Origin: Octopus vulgaris
Lineage: Eukaryota
Direction of reading: 5' to 3'
DNA: 64,000 bases
Assembly (NCBI GenBank): GCA_951406725.2
Contig: OX597830.1
Location: 50,034,001-50,098,000 of the forward strand
The notes under the pieces are model-generated. The model did not search any database. It worked only from the letters and a program-made list of their open reading frames with translations, and was not told the DNA's origin. Below are positions 52,255-64,000 of the stretch, piece after piece. The stretch's first letter is position 1. Each line of letters starts with the position of its first letter. A program made the translations under genes and the position numbers.

Positions 52255-53020
52255 TTGAGAGAAAAGTTAGGCCTAAGAGGAATCAAGTGTAGCGTGCAAG
52301 AGAAACAATTGCACTGGTATGGTCATGTGATGTGTATGAACGAGGACAGCTGCATAAAGAAGAGCCAATCTCTAACTGTGGAGGGAACCTGTGTTAGAGA
52401 TAGACCCAGGAAGACATGGGACAAGGTGATGAAGCATGATCTTCAAACTTTGACCCTGACAGAGGCAATGACCGGTAACCAAGACTTTTGGCAATGTGCT
52501 GTGCTTGAGAGGACTCATCAAGCAAAATGCAACCGTGCTGGTGCACGTAAAGAACATCTTTTGAGTGTTGGGCCTCATGGAGGCAAAGTGGCTGAGTTCC
52601 TTTCGAGTGTTGGGCCTTTGACATTATGTCGTGCTTGAGAAGAAGACCCATGAAGCCGAGCAAAATCACAGTTGTGACAGATACCAGTGTCACGCAAACT
52701 GGCACATAAATGCACTCCAGTGTCACGCAAATGGCACCCGTGTCAGTGGCATGTAAAAGCACATGTGTGGCGCCATGTAAAAGTACCCATGTGACACCAT
52801 GTAAAAGTGACCCCAGGAGCCCCATGTAAAAGCACCATGTAGGTGTCTCGTAGACACACTCGGCACATTCTGTAATGTGGTTGGCATTAGAAAGGGCATC
52901 CAGCCATAGAAACTATGCTGAATCAGACTGGAGTCAGTGGCAATTCCCCAGCTTGCCAGCTCTGGTCAAACCAGCCAACCCATGTCAGCTCGGACAACGG
53001 ATGTTAAATGATGATGATGA
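52255..53020 (+). mobile_element. RTE-clade LINE 3' end (ORF end plus 3'UTR with (GAT)n tail)
   Basis: REKLGLRGIKCSVQEKQLHWYGHVMCMNEDSCIKK...GTCVRDRPRKTWDKVMKHDL. Confidence 0.85.
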
Positions 53021-53099
53021 TGTCCATGTCTGTGTATGCTTATCCATTCATATGTATGTACTGACGATGGTCAGAGAATAGCCAAGAGGAACATAATAA

Positions 53100-53478
53100 G
53101 GGACATAGAATTAATTCCCAAATACTTTCTGAGTCAAGTGCATCAACACCAACATCAAAATAAAAATCAAATGGAAATTGTAGTTAAGATACCTGTGCCA
53201 GTGACACATAGAAAGCACCGTCTGACTGGTGTCTGTGTTGGAGACACGTAAAAACACCAACCAATCGTGGTCATTTGCCAGCCTCCTCTGGCCCCTGTGC
53301 CAGTGACATGTAAAAAGCACCCACTACACTCAAGGAGTGGTTGGCATTAGGAAGGGCATCCAGCTGTAGAAACACTGCCATATCAGACTGGAGCCTGGTG
53401 CTGCTTCCTGGCTTTCCAGACCCCGGTCGAACCGTCCAACCCATGCTAGCATGGAAAACGGACGTTAAACGATGATGG
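53100..53478 (+). mobile_element. RTE 3'UTR-type repeat, family C (others 5085-5345, 39230-39445, 42400-42645, 62100-62672 on +; 6497-6652, 15216-15510, 39462-39640, 55698-56025 on -)
   Basis: aaaagcacccactacactc..gagtggttggc.ttaggaagggcatccagc.gtagaaac...catgctagcatggaaa.cggacgttaaacgatgatg. Same tail as the RTE at 52255-53020. Confidence 0.85.
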
Positions 53479-53878
53479 TTGTTGATGGTTGTTGAAATAA
53501 AAGATGAGTCAGGTGTGGAGTTTCTCCCCACCTCCATAAAATGTACGTCGGAGCATCAGACAAGATGTTTTATTGTTTTTGTTCCAGCTCTTCTTCTTAT
53601 GTGCTTAAATTTCCTGCCACCACTATCACCATAGCCAACATCATCACAACCATTACCAGCATCATTATTATGACCATCATCATCATCGCCTTTATCATCA
53701 GAGTTCACCAAGGAGCGGCTGTGTGGTAAGTAGCTTGCTTACCAACCACATGGTTCTGGGTTCAGTCCCACTGCATCGCACCTTGTGCAAGTGTCTTCTA
53801 CTATAACCTCGGGCCAACCAAAGCCTTGTGAGTGGATTTGGTAGATGGAAACGGAAAGAAGCCCGTCGTATATATGTG

Positions 53879-53909
<31 letters not shown>

Positions 53910-54487
53910 TTGTGTTTGTCCCCTTAGCATTGCTTGACAACCGATGCTGGTGTGTTTATGTCCCCGTTACCTAGCAGTTCGGCAAAAGAGACCGATAGAA
54001 TAAGTACTGGGCTTACAAAAGTCCCGGGGTCGTGTTGCTCGATTAAAGGCGGTGCTCCAGCATGGCCGCAGTCAAATGACTGAAACAAGTAAAAGAGTAA
54101 AGAGTAAAAGAGTAATATTAACTGTGTCACACTGCCCAGTCCTTATTCCTCAAAACTGCCATCAATGACACGCATAAAGTCTCCAAGTAGTCGCTCCACT
54201 TGCTAGAAAGAGCAATCAAATCACACACCGGCATCTTGAAAAAAAACACATACACAAAAAAATAAAAAAGGATATGCAAAAGAGAATGCAGACTTTTGCT
54301 ATGTAAAAAGACAGAATGAGCATGGGTGGAAATATCTTTGATTGCAAGTTTGTTCAAGTCAGGCTGACCTGGAGTGAAAACAGCAATAAACACAGCCATG
54401 GATGCGCATGGCATCCCCCACCATCAACACGTAGCTGTAGCAGCAGTGGTGGTGGTGGTGGTAGTAGTAGAGGTAGTGGTGTGGTGG

Positions 54488-54853
54488 AGGAGGAGGAGGA
54501 GGAGGAAGTGGAAGAAGAAGAAGAAGAAGAAGAAGAAGAAGAAGAAGAAGAAGAAGAAAAAGAAGAAGAAAAAGAAGAAGAAAAAGAAGGAGAAGAAAAA
54601 GAAGGAGAAGGAGGAGGAGAAGAAGAAGAAGAAGAAGAAAAAGAAGATGAAGAAGAAGAAGAAGAAGGAGGAGAAAAAGATGAGGAAGAAGAAGAAGAAA
54701 GAGAAGGGGAAGAAGAAGAAGAAAGAGAAGGGGAAGAAGGAGAAAGAAGTAGGAGAAGAAGAAGAAGAAGAAGAAGAAGAAGAAGAAGAAGAAGAAGAAG
54801 AAGAAGAAGAAGAAGAAGAAGAAGAAGAAGAAGAAGAAGAAGAAGAAAGAAGA
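54488..54853. repeat. (GAA/GAG)n polypurine tract next to the donor of the P-loop exon
   Basis: Seen directly. Ends about 16 nt from the GT donor at 54869. Confidence 0.97.
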
Positions 54854-54869
54854 ATTGTGAAATGCTTAC

Positions 54870-54964
54870 CCGTTTTCCCAGCTCCGCTTTCACCTGAGAT
54901 GATGATGCATTGATCCAAGTTACGATCTCTCATTGATCGGTAGGCATAGTCTGTTATTGCATAT
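54870..54964 (-). CDS. MYO1B: Myosin I motor exon, 95 nt, P-loop: [31 protein letters not shown]
   Basis: Acceptor tctcttccacag, donor G|gtaagc. Contains the myosin P-loop GESGAGKT. Confidence 0.96.
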
Positions 54965-55061
54965 CTGTGGAAGAGATACAGAGACAGATAGATAGATATA
55001 AGTATATGTATATATATGTATGTGTGTGCACACGCGCCTGTATGTGTGTCTTATTGCATGT

Positions 55062-55106
<45 letters not shown>

Positions 55107-55202
55107 AGAGAGTGAGAGAGAGAAATATATAGAAAGGTGGGTGTATATGTATAGACGTTCATATATATATACAATATAATCTGTTATTATATCGCTGTAG
55201 GA

Positions 55203-55515
55203 TATACAAAGGTTGGACAAAATAATGGAAATACCTAAAAATTTCAAACAAATTTATTTTAACATGGGGTAGGACCCCTTTTGGCAGTAACTACAGCTTG
55301 AATTTTATGAGCAATGGACTCGTACAAAGTTTGAATTGCTTCCAAAGGAATTTTCGTCCATTCTTCAACTAAAACAGTCTCCAGTTCTTGTAGTGATGAT
55401 GGTGGATATTGACTCCTTACTTGTTTTGCTAAAGGGCACCATAAATGTTCAATGATATTGAGACCTGGAGACTGTAGTGGCCAGATAAGATGTTCAACTT
55501 CACTAGAATGTTCCT
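55203..55515 (-). mobile_element. Tc1-like (DD34E) transposase C-terminus with right TIR
   Basis: EHLIWPLQSPGLNIIEHLW...SSLQELETVLVEEWTKIPLEAIQTLYESIAHKIQAVVTAKRGPTPC* matches the WP.QSPDLN.IE..W motif. Terminus ta-caaaggttggacaaaataatggaaa. Confidence 0.88.
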
Positions 55516-56043
55516 TGTGCTATTCAGTAACAAATTTAGCTGTGTGAATTGGTGCATGAACAGTAATGTAATGGCCCACAACCATCCAGCCTTTTCCCTA
55601 GTCCATGGTACACCATGAACTACATTATACGATGTGACCTTCTTTTCTGTAGACATATGATGAGACAACCACATAGGAGGCCCCCAAAATTTACCTGTCA
55701 TCATCATCATCATCATCATCGTTTAGCGTCCGCTTTCCATGCTAGCATGGGTTGGACGGGTCAACTGGGGTCTGTGAAGCTGGAAGGCTTCGTCAGGCCC
55801 AGTCAGATCTGGCAGTGTTTCTACGGCTGGATGCCCTTCCTAACGCCAACCACTCCGCGAGTGTAGTGGGTGTTTTTTACGTGCCACCTGCACAGGTGCC
55901 AGACAGAGCTGGCGAACGGCCACGAACGGATGGTGCTTTTACGTGTCACCGGCACGGGGCCAGGCGATGCTGGCAACGGACACGAACGGATGGTGCTTTT
56001 ACGTGCCACCGACACGGGGCCAGACAACAATTTTTTCCTGTTG

Positions 56044-56629
56044 GTTAAGCATCTCGCCCAGCGAGATGCTTAACAGTATTTCATCTGCCGCTACGTTCTG
56101 AGTTCAAATTCCACCGAGGTCGACTTTGCCTTTCATCCTTTCGGGGTCGATTAAAGAAGTACGAGTTACGAACTGGGTTAGATATAATCGACTTAATCCG
56201 TCTGTATGTCCTTGTTTGTCCTCTCTGTGTTTAGCCCCTTGTGGGTAGTAAAGAAATAGGTATTTCGTCTGCCACAACGGTCTGAGTTCAAATTCCGCCG
56301 AGGTCAACTTTGCCTTTCATCCTTTCGGGTCGATTAAAGAAGTACCAGTTACAAACAGGTGTCAATATAATCGACTTAATCCGTCTGTATGTCCTTGTTT
56401 GTCCTCTCTGAGTTTAGCCCCTTGTGGGTAGTAAAGAAATAGGTATTTCGTCTGCCACAACGGTCTGAGTTCAAATTCCGCCGAGGTCAACTTTGCCTTT
56501 CATCCTTTCGGAGTCGATTAAATAAGTACCAGTTACGCACTGGGGTCGATATAATCGACTTAATCCCTTTATCTGTCCTTGTTTGTCCTCTCTCTGTTTA
56601 GCCCCTTGTGGGTAGTAAAGAAACTGGTT
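56044..56629 (+). mobile_element. Head-to-tail trimer of the family B SINE (about 183-bp period) with a 5' snap-back hairpin
   Basis: Junction aagaaatag|gtatttcgtctgcc at about 56260 and 56443. Confidence 0.9.
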
Positions 56630-59183
56630 ATTATGATGATGACGATGGGGATAGCCCTCCTCCTCCTCATCATCATCATCATGATATTTAACCTGGAGTG
56701 ACAGTTGTGAGTATTTCCCTCTTCAATGTTGATTATTTTAAATGAGTCGACTGTAAATTACAATCAAGTGACTAATTACTCAGGAGGAACTATTGTACAC
56801 TTAATTTATTATCCTGATGAACTTCTGTTGTTGTTGTTGTTCTTTTTTTTTGTAATTAGTACTGTTTATGATGTTGTAATTTTCACCACCCACATCATCA
56901 CTGTTGTAGTAACCACTACCACTACCACCATCATCAGCATTATCAGCATCACTAAACATCACCATCACCATCATCACCACTGCCAACATCCTCTCCACCA
57001 TCACTACTATCACCATGAACATTACTGACAACAATGTTATTCTCTATCAACAAGACAACTACCGCCACCTCTGCTACTACCACTGCCACCACCACCACCA
57101 CCACCACCACAACCACCACCAGTACTAACTTAATCCTCCTCCTCCTCCTCACTAATTTCTGTCTCCCATGTTGGCCCAGGCTGGGTGGTTCAAGAGGATC
57201 CAACAACCTGGAGGACAGCATCAAGCTCCAATGTCTGCTTTAGGATGGATTCCACACCTGGATGCCCTTCCTAATGCCAGCCACTCTAGAGAGTGGATTA
57301 GCTGCTTTTATTTATTATTTCTTTTTTTTTTTTGCCACCAGCATTGGTGAAGTTGCCAAGTAACTCACAAAACAAAGGAAAGGAAAAGAACCCTCGTTGA
57401 CTGGGTGGGGGCCATAGTTAAAGAGGGAGCAAGCTCTATGCCAGATAGCAAGAGGCTAAAGTGTAATAGAATATCAAGCACAAGAGGAACATCACCATGA
57501 CCATCACCATGAGAGCCACCACCTCCACTACCATGACTACCGCCTTCACCACCACTACCACTACCATCACCATCAATTTACAACTTGTCTATATTCTAAA
57601 TCTGTTGTAACAATATTTATCGTTTACTGTCTTTACAGATAATAACAACTAATCATTGGATGCCTTCCACAGGTCCAGTGGTCAGTTTGTGATCTACACC
57701 ACTTTCAAAGAAGGTTCAGTATGCTATGGCTGATGCACTGGACAATCTACTGCAGCTTCTTTCAGTTTCCATCTAACAAATCCACTCACAAGGCCTTGGT
57801 CGGCACAAGGCTATAGTAGAAGACACTTGCCCAAGGTGCCACACAGTGTGACTGAACCTGGAACCATGTGGTTGGTAAGCAAGCTACTTACCACACAGCT
57901 GCAATGATCACTTTATCACTTTTCTTTGGCCAGGTTGGATAGGCAGTATGATGATTATAGTGAAGAGGTTGTATGGTGAACAAGATTGAATATATATACT
58001 GATGACAAACACCTTTACATCAGGGCAGCCCCAAGTCAACTTTTTTAGTTTAACCTGGAAAACTCTGTGTGTGTGTGTGTGTGTGTGCATGCATCAAGGG
58101 ATGTGCTACCCTCCAGTAAATCTAATGAAAGAGGGACAAGTACGTCCAGGTGAATCTCTTTGCTCTCAACTTGTGTGTAGATCAGAAACACAGTTGGGAC
58201 AAGGTACTACCCACAGATCTAGGATAACTCCTCAGGGTAATCCTTGATCTTCGATTAACTCTTGGTGCCTGCCTCTCCTCATTAAGGCATCACATTTCAT
58301 TCCTTTTGTATATTCAGGTTTTATAAGATTGGTTAATACAGATGGCGAAGCCTTGTGCTGTCTTCTGGCTTGCCAACTCCCATGAAACCATCAAACCCAT
58401 GCCAGCATGGAAAACAGATATCAAATGATGATGACGATGATGATGGTTCTGCATAACTCTCTCTCCCTCACTGCTTTTATAATTTTGTCCTTCAAATATA
58501 TTCCTCATCCATTGTGGATGCTTGAGGGAAAATAGGCAATTTATAATTTAAACTGTTGTTGCCACATGTAGGTTAAATCCACCTACCAGCTGAGTCTATC
58601 TAGAGGATTGCCCTTACCAACTGCCTTTAACAAGGCAGAGCGGGTAATGTTCCTCTGTCCAGTGGCTATGGCAAAAGAGGTTGTGTGGTAGATGAGGCTG
58701 AATGGATTGAGGAAAGACACTTCCTCTTCAGTCAAGCCCTCATCGGCATTATAAGTTCCAGTTTGGAAAGGAAAGGTAAGTGTGGAGAGAGAAGTACTCT
58801 CTCCTGGTGAATCTGTGAAAAAGATGGGTGTCTGTGGAAAAAAATGGTTAAAATGAATGGACCTGCTCTAAGCATGTACATGCAGACGGGGGAGCACTAG
58901 GACAACAGATCATACATTTGGAGGTCAGGGTTTTCGTGGATCTATAGTGTTCCTTGATTGGCCCTAGTCTGAGTCTCTGTATCAGGAGGAGTGGATCATT
59001 CTTCTGCTCACAAATGTTGTCTACTAAGCATATTTTTATCCCATTTCACCATTTTTTCCCTTTCTTTCCACTTGTCTTTTATGTAACCCCCCACACACAC
59101 ACACACAAATCATGAGCTGTCCCCTCAACCATACCCCAGTGGCAAACAAACAAAGCCATTATAATTATTGTTATTATTGCTGC

Positions 59184-59228
<45 letters not shown>

Positions 59229-62200
59229 TATTATTATTATTATTATTACTATTATTATTATTATTATTATTATTATTATCATTATTATTATTATGTCTTT
59301 GTATTGGCCCCCTCACCCTTCAGCCTGGTGGCAAATAAAAGAAATCATTATTATTGTTGTTGTTGTTGTTGTTGTTGCTGCTGCTGCTGCTGTTGTTGCT
59401 TTGTGGATGAATTTCTTGTCATGAATTTTAAATGAGAACTCCAGACTAAAATTTAATCACTTTTTGCAATTTAACCGGAGATCTGCTGAAAGGAAACAGC
59501 AGCAACAATAACAACAACAACAAGCTGACTGACCACCACAAACAGCAACAACTGACTACCAACACTGACAAACGCAACAGCAGCATCCAGGCAAGAAGGT
59601 AACCTACCCGGTTGTTTGACCTGCTAGAAAGAACAACAAAATCTTCCTCAAATTACAACTTACTGACATAAAACAATAACACACATTTTCTTTTACTTGT
59701 TTTTTGGTTTATTTTGGAGGATGGGTGAAGGTGCAGGAGTGGCTGTGTGGTAAGTTAGCATGCTTACCAACCACATGGTTCCGGGTTCAGTCCCACTGTG
59801 GAGCACCTTGGGCAAGTGTCTTCTACTATAGCCTTGGGCCGACCAAAGCCTTGTGAGTGGATTTGGTAGACAGAAACGGAAAGAAGCTCGTTTTATATAT
59901 GTATATGTATATATGTGTGTGTATATGTTTGTGTGTTTGTGTTTGTCCCCCCCAACATCACTTGACAACTGATGCTGGTGTGTTTATGTCCCCGTAACTT
60001 AGTGGTCTGGCAAAAGAGACCGATAGAATAAGTACTAGGCTTACAAAGAATAAGTCCTGGGATAGATTTGCTCAGCTAAAGGCGGTGCTCCAGCATGGCC
60101 ACAGTCGAATGACTGAAATAAGTAAAATAGTAAAGAGTAGGCTGAGGCCTTAATAGAGCTTCCAAACCCAGTGAGACTGATGTGAGTTGTAAGTTGATAG
60201 GAGCAAGAAAATATGTAGGAAGGAAATTCCAGAGTGAATATGCTCCAAGGGAAAGACTAGGGGCAGTAAAGATGTGGCTTAGGTCATGTGACATAAAATG
60301 GGTGATGGGCAGAGGAAAGTTCAAGTGAGTTGGGATTGCCTGAATGGAAGCAGTGTAAGATCAGCCAGCTTTTCACATGATGGGATTGTCATGGCTGGAA
60401 TACCTTTGATCAGTTAAGGCTGACCCAGGACTAAACAACAGCAACAAATGAAGACAAGAGGGCCATGGATATAATACCTATTTCTTTACTACCCACAAGG
60501 GGCTAAACACAGAGAGGATAAACAAGGACAGACAAACGGATTAAGTCGATTATATTGACCCCAGTGCATAACTGGTACTTATTTAATCGACCCCGAAAGG
60601 ATGAAAGGCAAAGTCGACCTCGGCTGAATTTGAACTCAGAACGTACGTAGCGGCAGATGAAATACCACTAAGCATTTCGCCCAGCGTGCTAATGATTCTG
60701 CCAGCTCACACCATCAATCATAAGGTCTTTTCAATAAAAGCTGACAAGGAGCATAACAACAATAACATAAGCTAGAATCATAAAGTGAGACAATGATGAT
60801 GCTAATTACCAAGTTGTTTAATTAATAATAATGATAATTACAGCAGTAGAATTAATTAAATGTAAAGAGATTGTTGTAGATAATTGTTGAATAAAACAGA
60901 ATGTTTTATCATTAAAGCGAAAAACTAAATTATCTTCATATTGAAAAAATATTAAACCAAACAACAATAAAGAGAGGGAAGCTGCGATGAGGTGAAGATG
61001 ATGAATGAAAGTTCAACTTCTGAGGTTTCTACTGTTCTATAACCGCATGATGAACATCACAACATCACACCAGCTGTTGACCAACTCCCAGTTTTAAATT
61101 TTACTCACTCTCTGTCAGACTGACCATAATTTTACCTGGGCACTGGTCCAAGGATTCTGTATGTATAAGTGTATGAGAGAGGGAGAGAGAGAGCGAGAGG
61201 GAGAGAGAGAGAGAGAGTGAGTGAGTGAGTGGTGAGTGAGTGAGTGGAGTGAGTGAGTGAGTGAGTGAGTGAGTGAGTGAGTGAGTGAGCGAGTGGAGTG
61301 AGTGGAGCGAGTGGAGTGAGTGAGTGAGTGAGTGAGTGAGTGAGTGTGTGAGTGTGTGTGTGTGTGTGTGTGTGCGCATGTGTACACATGCAATGGATAG
61401 CAATGTAGTGCATTTGTGTGTATGTGGAAAGAGGTAAAGTTGTGTAGTTAAAATCTCTTCACAACTATTTAGTTCTAGGTATGAGTGCCATGGTTGGAAG
61501 AGGTGAAAATAGATGTGGTGAGTGAAGGGTAGAGTCGAATAAGAGAAGGCAGCGAGCTGGCAGAAAAGTTAGCACGCCAGGTGAAATGCGTAGCCGTATT
61601 CCGTCTGCTGTTACGTTCTGAGTTCAAATTCCACCGAGGTCGACTTTGCCCTTCATCCTTTCAGTGTCAATTAAATAAGTACCAGTTATGCACTGGGGTC
61701 GATATAATCAACTTAATCCGTTTGTTTGGCCTCTCTGTGTTTAGCCCCTTGTGGGTAGTAAAGAAATCGGTAGAGGTGAATAAGTGAAGGCTAGAGGTAG
61801 ATGTGAGAAGGAGATTAGTATGAAATGGCTTGAGTGAGGAGTTAAGAATAATGATGTGAGAGGCTGAGTATGATGGCCAGAGTGGAGGTCAGCGTAACAA
61901 AATATAAACAAAAATTATAAATGTAAGTAACCAGAAAACTCTTCTACAAGAACCCATTCTGTCGCCACCTTCTCTTATACTTTAACCCCTCATCTCCAAA
62001 CATAAAGCTGACCTTACACAAACTCAAGGTACTACATGGTGGGACTGAACCTGGAACAATGTGACTGGCCAGCAAACTTATTACCTCACAGTCATGTCTA
62101 ACCAGCCCACCCAGGCGTAACTTTCCTTCATTGGACACTAAACTCCGCTTGTGAAGACCTGTTGAGGCAAGTGAAATCGAAATCAAATTCGATGACAGCA

Positions 62201-62694
62201 CCGCATGACTGGCATCCATGCTAGTGGAGCTCTAAGAGCACCATCCAAGTGTGATTGTTGCCAGGGCAGCTGACTGGCCCCCATGCCGGTGGCACGTAAA
62301 AAGCACCATTTGACCGTATTCGTTACCAGCATCGCCTTACTGGCACTCGTGCTGGTGGTACGTGAAAAACAACATTCGAGTGAGGGTGTTGCCAGTGACG
62401 CTGGACTGGCTCCTGTGCAGGTGACACGTAAAAGCACCAATTGAGCGTGGCTGTTGCCAGTACTGCTTGACTGGCCCGCGTGCCAGTGGCACATAAAATG
62501 CACCCACTACACTCTCGGAATGGTTGGCGTTTGGAAGGGCATCCAGCTGTAGAAACTATTCCAGATCTGACTGGAACCTGGTGCAGCCATCTGGCTCACC
62601 AGTCCCCAGTCAAACCATCCAACCCATGCCAAAATGGAAAGTGGACGTTAAACGAAGATGATGATGATGATGAATTATAAAAATATAATTATAT

Positions 62695-64000
62695 ATATTG
62701 AGGTAATCAGAGTATGTGACAGAATACTTAAGATTAGATTAGTGCTTCATCATAGTTTAGCAACCATTACATCAGCCTATGCTCCTCAGTCGGGGCTACC
62801 CGATGGACAGAAAGACCGATTCTATGACACTCTACTGCAGACTACCTTGTTGACGAATGACAGAGACCTTATCTTTGTGGCTGGTGACTTCAATGGTCAC
62901 ATTGGACGACATGCTGGGGGCTTCCATGGCGTACATGGAGGCGATGGCTATGGCTCCCGCAACGAGGAGGGAACCAGGCTGCTGGAGTTCTGCGATGCAA
63001 ATAATCTTATGATTTGCAACACTAACTTCAGGAAACCTACCAGCCACCTAGTCACTTACCGATCGGGCCAACATACCAGCCAAATTGACTACATCCTTGC
63101 AAGGCAAAGGGAGAGATGGCTGCTTATAAATGCCAAAACTTTCCCAGGTGAAGAATGTACCCCACAACATAGACTGGTAGTTAGTGACTTTAGGATCAGG
63201 ACTAGGAGGACAACCAGAAGATGACCAATATGGAGAAGAAGGATCTGGAAGCTTAAAGATCCTGCAAATGGACAGAGATTTAGGGACATATTACTTGAAG
63301 CCTTTGACGAAGTAGAAGGGGATAGAGCATCACAGGGGGTAGAAGACAACTGGATGTTTCTAAGGGACAACCTGCTGAGAGACACTGACCAGATCTGTGG
63401 CTGGTGCAAAGTCCCCTCTCGACCTAGAATAACGTGGTGGAGGAACAATATTGTAGACAGGGCTATTAGAGAAAAGAGACAGGCTTGGAAGGTCTGGAAA
63501 AATGGGGGTAGCAGGGAATTGTATCAGACTGCCAAAAGAGAAGCTAGGAGACAGGTTTATTTAGCCAGAGGGGAAGCAGATAAGAAAAAATTTGCCAATG
63601 TTCTGCGCCGTGAAGACCAAAGACTGGAGGTGTTTCGCGTTGCAAGACAGTGTGTGAGAGAGAATCGTGATGTGGTAGGAGAGAAGTGTGTTCGCATGGA
63701 AGATGGTTCACTTGCGCTAAATGAGTATGCAAAGAGAGAGGTTTGGAGATGCCACTATGAAAGGTTGCTGAATAAAGAAAATGAATGGGATAAAGAGAGT
63801 CTGCTGAATGTTGACCCAACAGAGGGACCAGCTATCCGAGTTGATAGTTCCGTGGTAGCTAAGGCAATTAGAAGCATGAAGACAGGGAAAGCCCCAGGCC
63901 CATCAGGAATCACTGCAGAGATGCTCAAAATGTCTGGTAGTGTCGGCTATAGCCTAGTCACCCGTATAGTTAATCAGGTGATACACAAAGGAGTCATACC
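62695..64000 (+). mobile_element. Young RTE-clade LINE, 5'-truncated: APE endonuclease, linker and start of RT; runs off the window
   Basis: SAYAPQ, VAGDFNGHIG, GSRNEEGTRLLEFC, SQIDYIL and QHRLVV (APE motifs), then KTGKAPGPSGITAEMLK (start of RT). One in-frame TGA at 63222-63224, probably from CGA, otherwise open. Confidence 0.95.

Larger units (their letters stand above)
1674..54964 (-). other. MYO1B: Span of the identified exons of a class I myosin gene (partial; the gene extends beyond both window ends)
   Basis: Four exons with canonical AG/GT boundaries and compatible phases (2-1, 1-1, 1-0, 0-1) splice into one continuous myosin motor segment. [17 protein letters not shown]...[41 protein letters not shown].GGVI.N closely follows vertebrate MYO1A/MYO1B as I recall them. 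The exact paralog name is tentative. Confidence 0.9.

Noticed and set aside
54965-64000. Upstream myosin exon (expected TYIG..V.SVNPY...PPH)
   Set aside because: I could not find it by eye; it probably lies beyond 64000. The downstream YLLEKSRV exon was likewise not found in 1-1673.

Overview
Eukaryotic, AT-rich, microsatellite- and retroelement-dense genomic DNA. The repeat families and the very long introns best fit an octopus (coleoid cephalopod); that assignment is an inference. The only host gene I can support is a class I myosin (MYO1A/MYO1B-like) on the minus strand. Four GT-AG exons (54870-54964, 30706-30810, 3758-3804, 1674-1737) splice in frame to [103 protein letters not shown], covering the P-loop and switch I. 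The introns are about 24 kb, 27 kb and 2 kb, and the gene runs off both ends of the window. The introns hold several tRNA-derived SINE families, fragments of RTE, L1/Tx1, R4/Dong, CR1/L2 and Penelope-like retroelements, remnants of mariner, Tc1, Tigger, piggyBac-type and Helitron elements, and simple repeats. Most ORFs in the supplied track are microsatellite translations. The most unusual signals are: (1) fold-back palindromes and short elements embedded in (TA)n that carry type I hammerhead ribozyme motifs, one with a complete core on each strand; (2) a SINE that repeatedly multimerises through an identical junction; (3) tandem pseudoknot-like modules in RTE 3' tails; (4) a candidate recursive splice site. 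Repeat boundaries are approximate (read by eye).
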